A stretch of 64,000 nucleotides of DNA from Planctomycetota bacterium (GCA_965223845.1 CBDCXR010000004.1:2464001-2528000), one strand, 5' to 3'. Shown: positions 28,155 through 45,566, counted from the stretch's first letter. Notes: generated by a model from the sequence alone, not told the origin. Made by a program: numbers and translations.

Positions 28155-28613
28155 CACCGGTGGTGCTGGTTGGGCTCCGGGAGGTAGGCAGCTGTGAATT
28201 CTCGCTGTGGCGGCAACGCCTGCGGCGTTGTCGCCGGGGTGCGTACGCGTCGCAGGCTTTACGATCGTCTCAACGCGATTCGCCGAGCTATCGACGGCGG
28301 GCGACTACAGTCGCTCCGCGGCGCGAATGGAGGGCGAGAGCGCTCGAGCGATTCCTCTCCGCATCCGCTCACCGCTACGAGCGTCGAAGAAGCGGTCGAC
28401 AAGGCCTCGACACCGCCGAAGGCGCGATCGCGCTCGTTGACGGATCGATCTCTTTCGATTGGTGGCGGATTCCGAACGCCTTCGGCCAACCGGCCTACAC
28501 GTTCGAGGCTGAGGTTCTGATCGGCTCAGGCGCGCCCCCCTGCGCGTCGCCCTCGTCCGAGGTGAGTAAACCCTTACGGGTGGTCCTTGCGATTAGATTA
28601 GTGGTTATCATTT

Positions 28614-29345
28614 ATGAACGAAAAACTCTCTCGTTACTACCGAAGCGCTATTGGGAAAGGTGTCTGGATCGTCACATTTTGCGGCGTGTTCATCGCCCTA
28701 ACCGCGGAGAGACTTTCCGGCATCATCGGGCGCGACAATATCGCAATTGACCTCCTACGTAGCCTACTTTCGATGGCCGTCGTCGCTACGGTATTTCTTT
28801 TTTTTGAGAAGCAGGTTCGCACGCGATTATGGAAACACGCCTACCCCGAGCTCGATGTCTCCGGGAACTGGACGGGCGAAACGACGTATCAAATCCAGCA
28901 GATTCCCGAAGAGGGAAAGAAACCAGAGGATTACGAGCCCGAGACAGTCGATCACAGAATTGAATTCGACCAAACCTGCCTAACGCTAAAGGTCAAACCG
29001 ACCCTCGTAAAAGACTATCCGGGCGCATGGTACTCCCTTGTGGCCGGCTTCGAGGGAAATGAATTACGCTATGCTTATCAAGTAAACTATGGCAACGCTC
29101 CAAATCGACCGGAAAGCGCGACGGGGTACGAACAGTTACAGCTCATGGGCACGGAAGATGGAAAATCTCCGGCACAACTAACGGGAACTTTTTGTCATTG
29201 TGCGTGGGGACAACGGCCCGTCTATAGCGGCACGGTGACGTTTCGCCGGCAGCCGCCGCGCGAGGACCGAAGAGGAGTCTTTTCGCGCACGTGGACGATC
29301 TGCGTGGGACTGTTTGCCAAGTTTCTGAAGCCACGAGTGGATTAG
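28614..29345 (+). CDS. Cap15-like 2TM beta-strand-rich effector (S-2TMbeta)
   Basis: Two N-terminal TMs, LWK..PELDVSGNWTG, IEFDQT, LRYAYQ, TGYEQL, LTGTF..GTVTFRR. Confidence 0.65.
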   Translation: MNEKLSRYYRSAIGKGVWIVTFCGVFIALTAERLSGIIGRDNIAIDLLRSLLSMAVVATVFLFFEKQVRTRLWKHAYPELDVSGNWTGETTYQIQQIPEEGKKPEDYEPETVDHRIEFDQTCLTLKVKPTLVKDYPGAWYSLVAGFEGNELRYAYQVNYGNAPNRPESATGYEQLQLMGTEDGKSPAQLTGTFCHCAWGQRPVYSGTVTFRRQPPREDRRGVFSRTWTICVGLFAKFLKPRVD

Positions 29346-29349
29346 TTCT

Positions 29350-30132
29350 ATGAATGCACGCAAGCCTCCGTGTCGCTCCGATCTACGCGGCGTTCTGATT
29401 ACCGGCGCCGCTTCGAGCATTGGGCGGCACGTGACGGAAAGGCTCGTAGGGCATGACGACCTTCAGTTCGTTCTCACCAGCAACAAATCGACCGTCACGA
29501 AGGAAATTACGGCCCGGCCCAACGTTGAGGCACGGGGCGGACTCGACTTGACACATCCAGGCTCTCTTGCAGTTCTGCGAGAGTGCTCCGAAAAATGTTT
29601 CGATGGACCGTTCGGCCTTGTGCACAGCGTTGGCGACTTTTGGTGCCATCGAATGATATCGGAGGTTTCCGTTTCAGAGGCTGCCAAGATGATGTCGAGC
29701 CACTATACGACTTTGTATGGAGTCCTCCACACTCTCCTCCCCGTCATGAAGAAACTCGGAGGTGGGCGCGTTCTGGCTTTTAGCTGCACTTCGGTTGGCT
29801 TCAACTATCCCGAGATGGCAGCGTTTACGAGTGCAAAGGCGGCTGTCGAAGCGCTAGTTCGGTGCGTCGCCAATGAATGGGGAGGCTTCGGGATCGCTGC
29901 AAACAGTATCGCCCTGTCCACCGTGGACACGCCTGACGTGCGGAAGACCAAGCCTCTCGCCAACATGGAAAACTACCTTTCTGCTCAAGAGATCGGCGTT
30001 TTGGTCGAGGACATCCTGCTGGCGTCAGGTCCGTATTTAAGCGGCAACGTCGTCAGACCACTCAAGTATTCGAAGACTTTTTATGGTCACGCATACTTTG
30101 CGAGAAACCCACCGTCGACTTGCAATGAATAG
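29350..30132 (+). CDS. Atypical SDR-family oxidoreductase
   Basis: LITGAASSIG Rossmann motif, VHSVG, GGGRVL; FTSAK in place of catalytic YxxxK. Confidence 0.85.
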   Translation: MNARKPPCRSDLRGVLITGAASSIGRHVTERLVGHDDLQFVLTSNKSTVTKEITARPNVEARGGLDLTHPGSLAVLRECSEKCFDGPFGLVHSVGDFWCHRMISEVSVSEAAKMMSSHYTTLYGVLHTLLPVMKKLGGGRVLAFSCTSVGFNYPEMAAFTSAKAAVEALVRCVANEWGGFGIAANSIALSTVDTPDVRKTKPLANMENYLSAQEIGVLVEDILLASGPYLSGNVVRPLKYSKTFYGHAYFARNPPSTCNE

Positions 30133-30242
30133 CCGGTGCTGCTGTCGAGTGGCCAAAGGATTGAAGCGCGGTCGACCTCACAACACCCGGCGGCAATTTC
30201 CTTGAAACGGCTCACCGCTCGTGCAGACCAGAGGAGAAGCCG

Positions 30243-30283
30243 TTGACGCCCCCGACTCGCCTCCTCTACCGTGAGTAGATCGT
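30243..30283 (+). promoter_or_regulatory. Repeated promoter-like element (copy 2)
   Basis: TTGACG-18bp-TACCGT followed by GAGTAGATCGT. Confidence 0.5.
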
Positions 30284-30302
30284 AGGCATCGATCAAAGAC
30301 CG

Positions 30303-30575
30303 ATGAGTGAACGCGTCACCAAAAGATTGGTGAAAGGAGGGTTGCTGGGCTCCTGCGTTGCGCCCGCACTCCTGGTCACCTTCGGGGCGATTTGCGGCTA
30401 CGCCGGCGGGACGAAGATGTTCGGTTCGTGGGGCGGCGGCTCCCCGCCGGGAACGTTCCAGGCGGCGTACAGTGGTGCCCTCTTGGTGACACTCGCCTTT
30501 GGCCTGCCGGTCGCCGGTATCGGCTTGGCAGTCGGAGCTGCCATCGCCTACAGGACTCGCTCGCGCAGTCGATGA
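30303..30575 (+). CDS. Small two-TM membrane protein
   Basis: 90 aa with two hydrophobic segments, downstream of the promoter-like element. Confidence 0.55.
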   Translation: MSERVTKRLVKGGLLGSCVAPALLVTFGAICGYAGGTKMFGSWGGGSPPGTFQAAYSGALLVTLAFGLPVAGIGLAVGAAIAYRTRSRSR

Positions 30576-30713
30576 TTTCTCAGCGATCGGCGCACGTTGA
30601 CGACGGTCGATTCCACCGGCCGAGAGGCACCGTGCCTCCCGCGCCCACAACTGCACGCCTCGCCAAGCCCCCTCGGCTGGGTCTTTTCGCGAAACGAAAC
30701 AACGAGCTCGGAC

Positions 30714-30941
30714 ATGAGTGACTCGAAAGCCCCCTCGGCATTTCAGTTTCCGGGCACGCTCCCGGGCATCGTGTTGCTGGTCTGGGCCGTCTCGTTCTCG
30801 TTGTTCAAATCCGACATTCCATCTACGGTCTTCTGGTTGGTGTTCGTTTCGGTGTCTCTCTTGATCGTCCTCGTTCCGAGTTGGCTAGCGGGGCAACGGG
30901 CTAAGCGGACCTACCTCGAGAAATCGGGGTCGCCCGAATAG
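30714..30941 (+). CDS. Small two-TM membrane protein
   Basis: MSDSK start, two hydrophobic segments. Confidence 0.55.
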   Translation: MSDSKAPSAFQFPGTLPGIVLLVWAVSFSLFKSDIPSTVFWLVFVSVSLLIVLVPSWLAGQRAKRTYLEKSGSPE

Positions 30942-31159
30942 GAAGCGCCTTGGATACCCAGAGCCGCCTAGGCGCGACTCACTTTCAAGGCGGAGTGGGA
31001 ATCGCCGGCTGACTCGTGCGACGTGCGGCGTCGATTCCGGGCGAGTCTCCGGACGATCGGACGATCGCAGACCGAAGTTCGAGAATCGCGTGCGGGGCAG
31101 CATGAATCACATCACGGCGATCCGCGACCGATCCCTCGGGCCGAGCGCATTCGCCTAGA

Positions 31160-31666
31160 TCACACCAGTCCCTCAAGCTGCCCCTCCTCGAGATTCGAAT
31201 AGAACTCGATTTCGTTGCGAGGAGTGGACTGCACGGTTTGGTAGGAAGGGAAGTAACCCGTCGGTCGCAGCTGGAAGCGGGAAAACGTCGCGAGGATCGC
31301 CGATCTTCTCCGGCGAAGGTAGCTCACCAGCAGGGGCTGATCGAAGTCGTTCTGGCTGAGCAACCGGAGCGCGGAAAAGAGCTGAGAGAGCGAAACTCGA
31401 AAGAACGGCGGATCGCAGAGAATCAGGCCGAACTTGCGCCCGGTCCACTCGGGACGGTGGATGTCGAATCTGCGGAACCCTGGAAGACTCGCGAATCGAT
31501 CATCGATGTCGAGAATCGAGACCTCGACGTTCGACTCGACCAGTCGCTTCCCGAGAAGAGGCGCGCAGAGCAAACACGGCGAGGCCCACCCTCCGACGAA
31601 CGCGGCCAGTCGGTCCAGAGTGGCGGCGTCGAAGAAGTATTGCTCGTTCTCGTGGAGTTCGTACAT
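31160..31666 (-). CDS. EEF1AKMT1/N6AMT2-like (DPPF) methyltransferase
   Basis: EQYFFD..T..LA, LLCAP, LDIDDRF, FRRFD, ILCDPPFF. Confidence 0.65.
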   Translation of the reverse strand: MYELHENEQYFFDAATLDRLAAFVGGWASPCLLCAPLLGKRLVESNVEVSILDIDDRFASLPGFRRFDIHRPEWTGRKFGLILCDPPFFRVSLSQLFSALRLLSQNDFDQPLLVSYLRRRRSAILATFSRFQLRPTGYFPSYQTVQSTPRNEIEFYSNLEEGQLEGLV

Positions 31667-31794
31667 TGAGAACTGGCGGCTACGGGTGGAGCCAACCACA
31701 AAACGGGTGGCGGTAGTTCATGATCCTCTGCATCCCGAACAAGGACAAGTGCTGGCGTCGAGTGCTCGACGCTGCCGATTAGAGGTCGAATCCG

Positions 31795-33969
31795 ATGAAC
31801 GAGTATCGCGTGTCCGCGATCGTGCTCTCCGTGTACGCCGCGCTGAGCGCATCCGCTCTGGCCGTCGAGATTGACCTCTCGCGCTTCCGCTCCGATGGCC
31901 CCGTCGCCGTGGAAAGGACTGAGCGCGGCCTCACCGCACGCTGGCCGATGGATCACGGCGAATCGGGTCACTTGACGCTCGACCTCAAGTCGCCCGAATC
32001 ATTGATCGAGTCTCTCGCGATTTCGCCAGACCGCGAGGGAAACTCGACGACCGTACTCTCTCGGATCGCACCCGCGACAACCCTGACGATCGGGCAACGA
32101 AACCTCGAGCGGAACGGGTGGACGATCTTCTTCGACAAGGTTCACACTCGACCGCACGAAACTCATCTCGTGCAGTTGGATCCGCAGCGCGTCCGGGTCG
32201 AAAGCGTCGGTGAGGACCGTGTTCGAATCCGCATCGACAAACTGTCCGCGGCGTCGTTCGAGGGAGAGCTCGTCTTCACTCTCTACCCAGGCAGCCGCTT
32301 GATCCACGTCGAGAGCGTGCTCACCACGAATGAGGACGCCCGCGCCATCGTCTACGACGCCGGTCTGGTCGGATCGTTCACCACGCCGAAGGCCCGCATA
32401 GGTTGGATGGCAACCGGCGGTGAGATTCGCCGCCGGAGCGTCGACCCGGACGCCGTGTCCACTCCGCTCGCCGTTCGCCATCGCGCGATCGTCGCCGAAA
32501 GCGGCGCGGGATCTGTCGCGGTGTTTCCCCCGCCTCACCAGTACTTCTATCCGCTCGACTTTTCCGACAACCTCGAATTCGTCTGGTACGGAGCGAGCCA
32601 TCGCGGAGTCGAGGATCGGTTCGGAATCGGCATCCGCCACCGGTTGGAGGGCGATCGGCGCTTCGTGCCCTGGTTCAACGCGCCTCCCGGAACGAAGCAG
32701 CGACTCGGCGTGTTCTACTTGCTTTCGCGCGGCGACACGGCGGTAGCCCTCGAGGAGGTAAAGCGCTACACCCGCGGCGATCGCTTCAAGCGCCTTCCCG
32801 GCCACGTGACCTTCTCGAGCCACTATCACGTCGAGCACACCACCGACCTCATTCGGCGACAACCGCCGGGATTCGAGCTCACCGAGGACACCGTCGACGA
32901 TGTGAAGATCCCCTCTGATCTCGAGCAACCCGGTTTCGTGAAGGTCTTTCGCGAAATGGGAGTCGACATCGTCCATCTCGCCGAGTTCCACTTCGGCCGA
33001 ACTCCGCGACTTTCGGCATCGGAGCGGTTGCCTCAGCTCGAGCTCATGCATCGCGAGTGCGCGCGTCTCTCCGACGATGGCTTCCTGCTCCTCCCGGGCG
33101 AGGAGCCGAACGTTCACTTCGGCGGGCACTGGATCAGCTTCTTTCCGAAGCCGATATTCTGGATCCTCAATCGCCCAGAAAGAGCGCCGTTCGTCGAGAC
33201 GCATCCCCGCTACGGATCCGTGTACCACGTCGGCAGCGCCGAAGACGTTCTCGCGCTTCTCGAGCGCGAGCGCGGCCTCGCGTGGACGGCGCACCCGCGC
33301 ATCAAGAGCTCGACCGGCTATCCCGATCGCTACCGCACGCGGGACTTCTACCGCTCCGATCGCTTTCTCGGCGCGGCTTGGAAAGCGATGCCCGCAGATC
33401 TTTCGTGGCCGAGGCTCGGAACCCGCGTCCTCGATCTCCAGGACGACATGGCCAACTGGGGAGGGGAGAAGTACATCCTCGGCGAGGTCGACGTGTTCAA
33501 GGTCAACCCGAACCACGAGCAGTACGCCCACATGAATATCAACTACCTGAGGACTTCGAAGGTTCCTCGGTTCGAAGACGGGTGGGCGACGATTCTCGAT
33601 CTCTTGCGCCGGGGCGAATACTTCGTCACGACCGGCGAGATCCTCATTCGCCAGTTCACGATCGACGGCAAGGAAAGCGGAGAACGATTGAGCCGCGATC
33701 GACCCGAGCGATCGAAGGTGTCGATCGATGTCGAGTGGACGTTTCCGCTCGCGTTCGCCGAGATCATCAGCGGCGACGGGGAGCGAACCCACCGTCAGCG
33801 AATCGACCTCACCGACACGCGTCCTTTCGGAGAACGCACGCTCGAGTTCGCCGCCCCGCTTCGCGGACGACGATGGGCGCGCGTCGAGGTATGGGACATC
33901 GCCGCGAACGGGGCGTTCACTATGCCGGTCTGGATCGGTGAGACGACTCCGGCGGACGCGCGGGATTGA
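31795..33969 (+). CDS. Secreted protein with C-terminal PHP-like metallohydrolase domain
   Basis: Signal peptide; SHYHVEH, LAEFH, PGEE..GGH, TAHP motifs; C-terminal WARVE..AFTMPVW. Confidence 0.6.
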   Translation: MNEYRVSAIVLSVYAALSASALAVEIDLSRFRSDGPVAVERTERGLTARWPMDHGESGHLTLDLKSPESLIESLAISPDREGNSTTVLSRIAPATTLTIGQRNLERNGWTIFFDKVHTRPHETHLVQLDPQRVRVESVGEDRVRIRIDKLSAASFEGELVFTLYPGSRLIHVESVLTTNEDARAIVYDAGLVGSFTTPKARIGWMATGGEIRRRSVDPDAVSTPLAVRHRAIVAESGAGSVAVFPPPHQYFYPLDFSDNLEFVWYGASHRGVEDRFGIGIRHRLEGDRRFVPWFNAPPGTKQRLGVFYLLSRGDTAVALEEVKRYTRGDRFKRLPGHVTFSSHYHVEHTTDLIRRQPPGFELTEDTVDDVKIPSDLEQPGFVKVFREMGVDIVHLAEFHFGRTPRLSASERLPQLELMHRECARLSDDGFLLLPGEEPNVHFGGHWISFFPKPIFWILNRPERAPFVETHPRYGSVYHVGSAEDVLALLERERGLAWTAHPRIKSSTGYPDRYRTRDFYRSDRFLGAAWKAMPADLSWPRLGTRVLDLQDDMANWGGEKYILGEVDVFKVNPNHEQYAHMNINYLRTSKVPRFEDGWATILDLLRRGEYFVTTGEILIRQFTIDGKESGERLSRDRPERSKVSIDVEWTFPLAFAEIISGDGERTHRQRIDLTDTRPFGERTLEFAAPLRGRRWARVEVWDIAANGAFTMPVWIGETTPADARD

Positions 33970-33976
33970 CGGGCAC

Positions 33977-34678
33977 TTACCCTCCCGGGTTCAGCGAAAA
34001 CTCTCGCACTAGCCAGGGTTGCCAGAGCGCCGGCTCTGCACCGGTCGAATCGAGATTCGTATAGTCGGCCGCGCGGACCGCGTCCTCGAGGGCTGGAATC
34101 AATCCAAACTCGTTGAGCCGAATGCCGAGCTTCGTCGTGTAATCCTCCTGCAGGTAGTTGCAGGCAAAACAGTGGAAACTACCGTTCGCGACGTATTCTT
34201 CACCCAGTATGTCGAATCCTCGAACCACCGCGCTGTCGTCGCGGCAAACGAGGATGCGTTTCGAGAGGTTGTCCGAAATCCCGAACACGCTCTCTTTATC
34301 CAGGAATTCGTCCACGAACGGGTCGGGTAGCGAGATCTCGAGAAGCTTGACGTTCTCGACGCTGCGCAAGTAACGCTCGTAACAGCTTCTGGCTGACGCG
34401 AGAGTCAGAAACACGTCGCCGAAGCCGAATTCTCCCGCGTCATAGAGCGCGCGAGCCCAACGGAACATTTCGTCCGACCGTGAAGGCGGTAATTCGTTTC
34501 GCCAGTACGTTCGGTATTCGTCAGAGATTTCGTCCCAAGGAACATGGATGCAAGGTAGTAGGTCGCTGAGGCAACCCAGAATCCAGAATGGATCGGGGAG
34601 TAGTTCCGACGACGGTTTGCCGCCACGGACGAGAAAATACCCGCCGAGGAAGTAATCGGGCTGTGCGTCTTCGGTCAC
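33977..34678 (-). CDS. Hypothetical protein
   Basis: 233 aa with GGGAG RBS; aromatic/acidic composition; AT-richer than neighbours. Confidence 0.6.
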   Translation of the reverse strand: MTEDAQPDYFLGGYFLVRGGKPSSELLPDPFWILGCLSDLLPCIHVPWDEISDEYRTYWRNELPPSRSDEMFRWARALYDAGEFGFGDVFLTLASARSCYERYLRSVENVKLLEISLPDPFVDEFLDKESVFGISDNLSKRILVCRDDSAVVRGFDILGEEYVANGSFHCFACNYLQEDYTTKLGIRLNEFGLIPALEDAVRAADYTNLDSTGAEPALWQPWLVREFSLNPGG

Positions 34679-34911
34679 TTCGACTCCCAGGATCGAATCC
34701 TCAACGGAGTTTCTCCGCGGTCGTCGAGTCGGCTCGGTCGCTGCCTCTGGCGATCGGTAAGTCGCCGCTCCTCCATCTTCGCCGAAATTCCTTGAGGGGC
34801 TCGCACCGGATACGGCGCATTGCGAGATAGCCCGTCTGAATCGCCGGCTCGGTTCGGTGCGGATCTCCTGCGATCCAGCGGATTTCGATCATAAGCCAAG
34901 GGAGCCCGACC

Positions 34912-36126
34912 ATGTCACAGCAGAATCTCTTCGTCTCCTCGCTCATCGGGATTCTCGTCCTCGGTGTCGTCGCACTCGGATTCGTAGCGCTCAGCGACCC
35001 ACCACCACCCGATCCCGAAGCCTACGTCGCACGGACCGATCACGACGATCTCCTCGCCCGAAACATCGAGCTGCAGGACCTTTTCGATCGATCCCAGGAA
35101 GAGAACGCCGAGCTCGCTGAGAAGCGAAAGGAGCTCGAGTCTCGCGTGGCCGAGCTCAAGGCCGAGCTGCACGTCGAACACGAGCGCGCCGCCGCCGAGG
35201 CGGAGGCGGAGCTCGCTGCGAACGCGTCGAACGTCCCGATCGCGTTCGGACAGTGGGCCGAGCTCGAGGGCGTCAAGAACGCGAACTGGCCGGAAATGGG
35301 TGAAGCCATCGGGAACATGAACGCACTCATGGTCGAGCTCGTCGCGAGCATGCAGAACGGTGAAGTTCCGAGCGCCGAGCTGCAGGAGAAGATCCGCGAA
35401 GAGAACAACAAGCTCGTTCGCTACGCAGCTCAAGTGATGGGAAAGATCCCGACGCACTCCCCGATCAACGGCGAGTTCAGTCACCCCATCACGGTCGCGA
35501 ATCTCATCGACTCCGTGTTGGAGGGCACGGAGCTCGCACTGAATGAGGATCAGCGAGCCGCAATCGCCAGCTTCGGCGAAGACTACGACCGCGGCTTCGA
35601 TCGTCTCCAGTCGACGTACTCCGACGAGACCACCCGACTCGAAAAGCTCATCGATGAGCTCGAGCTCAAGCGAGACACGAAGCGCAGCATGGAAAGCGTG
35701 CTCACGCCCGATCAGCGCGAGCTTCTCACGCCCGCTGCAATCCGTGATCGTTCGCAAGTCGACCCTCTCTCCCCCGCGGTGATGACCGCGATGATCGCCG
35801 GTGCCAAGAACGTGAAGTCCGTCGACGAGCTTCGCGGTAGACTACCGGAGTACCTGGGCGAGTGGTTCGGGATCAAGAACGTCGCGCCCGAAACGCTCGG
35901 TGCGATCGCCGACTCTTGGATGGAGGAGATGCGGCCGATTCTGACTCCCGTCGAGAGAGCCACCAAGTTTCTCGAGCTCGACCAGACGATCACCGCGGGA
36001 AGAGCGCAGGTGAACGCGATGAAGCAGCTGCTCAGTCTCCAGGACCTAGACGAAAAGGCGCGAAAGGCAATCCTCAATCACATGGGCTGGCGCGTTCCGC
36101 AGGTCGTGGAAGCCTCCCCCGAATGA
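34912..36126 (+). CDS. Membrane-anchored protein: TM, coiled coil and a domain shared with the downstream kinase
   Basis: GGGAG RBS; N-terminal TM; residues from VPIAFG to WRVPQV align with kinase MPIAFG..WRAPRV. Confidence 0.85.
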   Translation: MSQQNLFVSSLIGILVLGVVALGFVALSDPPPPDPEAYVARTDHDDLLARNIELQDLFDRSQEENAELAEKRKELESRVAELKAELHVEHERAAAEAEAELAANASNVPIAFGQWAELEGVKNANWPEMGEAIGNMNALMVELVASMQNGEVPSAELQEKIREENNKLVRYAAQVMGKIPTHSPINGEFSHPITVANLIDSVLEGTELALNEDQRAAIASFGEDYDRGFDRLQSTYSDETTRLEKLIDELELKRDTKRSMESVLTPDQRELLTPAAIRDRSQVDPLSPAVMTAMIAGAKNVKSVDELRGRLPEYLGEWFGIKNVAPETLGAIADSWMEEMRPILTPVERATKFLELDQTITAGRAQVNAMKQLLSLQDLDEKARKAILNHMGWRVPQVVEASPE

Positions 36127-36701
36127 GCGATGTGACGCGCATTTTGAGCGCGATCGAGCAAGGCGACCCGAAGGCTTCGGCAGAGCTTCTTCCGATCGTG
36201 TACGACGAGCTGCGTCGTCTATCCGCTCAGCGCCTCGCCCGAGAAGGATCGCAGACGCTCGAAGCGACCGACCTCGTTCACGAGGCCTACCTTCGACTCG
36301 TCGGCGGAAAGCACACCGGCGAGCAGCCGAGCTGGGATAACCGCGGGCACTTCTTCGCGGCAGCGGCGGAAGCGATGCGGCGCATCCTCATCGACCGAGC
36401 GCGGAAGCGCCAGCGGCTCAAGCGCGGCGGAGGCCGCGAGCAACACTCGCTGAGCGAGAGTGACTTCGCCGTCGAATCGTCCGGAATCGATATCATCGCG
36501 CTCGACGAGGCGCTCTCGCGACTCAGCGAAGAGGACGGCAGGAAAGCGGAATTGGTCAAGCTGCGTTTCTTCGCGGGGCTGACGACCGAAGAAGCCGCGG
36601 CCGTTCTCGACGTTTCGCGAGCGACGGCCGAACGCTACTGGGCGTACTCCCGCGCTTGGCTCTACCACGAGCTCATGAAAGGCGACACGCGCATCGGCTG
36701 A
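36123..36701 (+). CDS. ECF sigma factor, planctomycete kinase-associated type (TIGR02999-like)
   Basis: MSDVTRIL..LLPIVYDELRRL..TLEATDLVHEAYLRL..HFFAAAAEAMRRILID..LVKLRFFAGLT; ATGA overlap. Confidence 0.92.
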   Translation: MSDVTRILSAIEQGDPKASAELLPIVYDELRRLSAQRLAREGSQTLEATDLVHEAYLRLVGGKHTGEQPSWDNRGHFFAAAAEAMRRILIDRARKRQRLKRGGGREQHSLSESDFAVESSGIDIIALDEALSRLSEEDGRKAELVKLRFFAGLTTEEAAAVLDVSRATAERYWAYSRAWLYHELMKGDTRIG

Positions 36702-36764
36702 CGGTTGGACACCCGCGATTCAGCGAGCGCAGTGCGAGACGGAACGATCCCTGAGGTCCCGACC

Positions 36765-39773
<3,009 letters not shown>

Positions 39774-39895
39774 TCTCCGGCTCGGCGATCCCATCGGACC
39801 GGGAGGACTGCCCGACCCTCGTCGCATGGTATCCTCTCTTCGTCGAGGGCAGCCTGATTCGGCAAGACGACGACTCCCACCGAGAGAACGGCCGC

Positions 39896-41113
39896 ATGCG
39901 CACCTTTTTGTCTGATTTCGTCGCGCTCTCCGCGTTGTTGTTTACGAGCTCGCTCACGGCCGGCGATGAAGCAACTCGCCCGCTCGCAGATACCGTGCGC
40001 GGGCCAGTTCGCGTGTTCATTCTCGCCGGCCAATCCAACATGGAAGGAAAGGCGCTCGCGAGCACACTCGAGCCGCTTCTCCGCGATGAAGAAACACGCG
40101 AGCGCTTTCGGCATCTCAAATCGGGCGGCGAGTGGACGGCTAGGAACGACGTCTGGGTCACCTATCTCGATCGTCGCGGTCGGGGCGGGACGCCGCTTCC
40201 CGTTCACGGCCCCCTCAGCATCGGATTCGGTGGCTACAGGGTCGTGCGCGACAAAGACGGAAAGCGCCGTTCGGCACCGACGATCGGGCCCGAGCTCGGG
40301 ATCGGACACGTTCTCGGAGACCATTTCGCCGAGCCGGTCTTGCTGATCAAGATCGCTTGGGGTGGCCGTGCGGTGAAGCACAGCTTTCGTCCCCCGAGCG
40401 CCCCACCGACCGACGACGAAGTCCGCGCGCGCCTCGCTCAGGTCCGCCGCAAAGATCCCGATCGGACGTTCGCTGACTTGAAGAAGTCGTACGGAAGCGA
40501 CTACCGAAAGATGCTCTCCGAAACGCGGCGCGTGCTCGACGAGATCGCCACCTACGTGCCGATGCACGATGCGGACGCCGGCTACGAGATCAGCGGATTG
40601 ATCTGGTTTCAGGGCTGGAACGACGGCGTCGGCAAGGGAAACCCCGACTACGTCGAGCAGCTCGCATGCTTCGTTCGCGATATCCGAAAGGACCTCGATC
40701 GGCCGGAGCTCCCGTTCGTGATCGGCGAGCTCGGAGTCGACGGCCCCGGCGCGACGGGTTGGATCCGGACGTTCCGCGACCAGCAAGCTGCCGTCGCCGC
40801 GCTTCCGGAGTGGAAGGGAACGGTTCGTCTCGCGAAGACCGCACCTTATTGGGACACCGGTCCGTCGTGGATGGCCGGGAAGTGGGATGAGTTTCGGGAG
40901 GCCGCCCGCGCGAACGAGGCCAAACCGGCAGACGACCCGTCGCGTGTCGATCCCCGGCAATTCTTTCGCAAGAACTGGCTCGAAAAGTACGCGAAGGGAC
41001 TCGCCTACACATCCGACCGGCGCTACCACTACAACGGCTCGGGCCGAAGCTATTACGAGATGGGCCAGTCGATGGCGCGCACGATGCTCGAGATCCTCAA
41101 CTCGAAGAACTGA
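39896..41113 (+). CDS. Sialate O-acetylesterase-like (SASA) protein
   Basis: FILAGQSNMEG, GPELG, WFQGWND, YHYNG; signal peptide. Confidence 0.85.
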   Translation: MRTFLSDFVALSALLFTSSLTAGDEATRPLADTVRGPVRVFILAGQSNMEGKALASTLEPLLRDEETRERFRHLKSGGEWTARNDVWVTYLDRRGRGGTPLPVHGPLSIGFGGYRVVRDKDGKRRSAPTIGPELGIGHVLGDHFAEPVLLIKIAWGGRAVKHSFRPPSAPPTDDEVRARLAQVRRKDPDRTFADLKKSYGSDYRKMLSETRRVLDEIATYVPMHDADAGYEISGLIWFQGWNDGVGKGNPDYVEQLACFVRDIRKDLDRPELPFVIGELGVDGPGATGWIRTFRDQQAAVAALPEWKGTVRLAKTAPYWDTGPSWMAGKWDEFREAARANEAKPADDPSRVDPRQFFRKNWLEKYAKGLAYTSDRRYHYNGSGRSYYEMGQSMARTMLEILNSKN

Positions 41114-41180
41114 ATCTCGTGGCGAGTGAGCGCGCCTTACGCTGCCGCTCCCTCGCCGTCGATCGCGTTCTTCTCGAGGC

Positions 41181-45566
<4,386 letters not shown>

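Larger units (their letters stand above)
11679..31100. mobile_element. Decayed tRNA-Asp-anchored genomic island (right boundary uncertain)
   Basis: Begins directly after the tRNA; contains excisionase-like genes, XRE regulators, an IS, gene fragments, duplicated modules and visibly AT-richer cargo genes; no integrase seen. Confidence 0.6.

Noticed and set aside
28142-28560. ORFs 28142-28750 and 28194-28520
   Set aside because: There is a GGAGGT RBS before 28194, but the protein-like segments are split across frames; probably a decayed gene whose identity cannot be supported
28614-29345. Canonical CBASS operon
   Set aside because: No CD-NTase, Cap2/Cap3 or Pycsar cyclase motif is visible in the window
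30132-31150. Integron cassette array of small co-oriented genes
   Set aside because: No RYYYAAC/GTTRRRY-bounded attC hairpins and no intI found
34675-34946. Short minus-strand ORFs upstream of the ECF operon
   Set aside because: They overlap the promoter or start of 34912-36126 and have no recognisable motif
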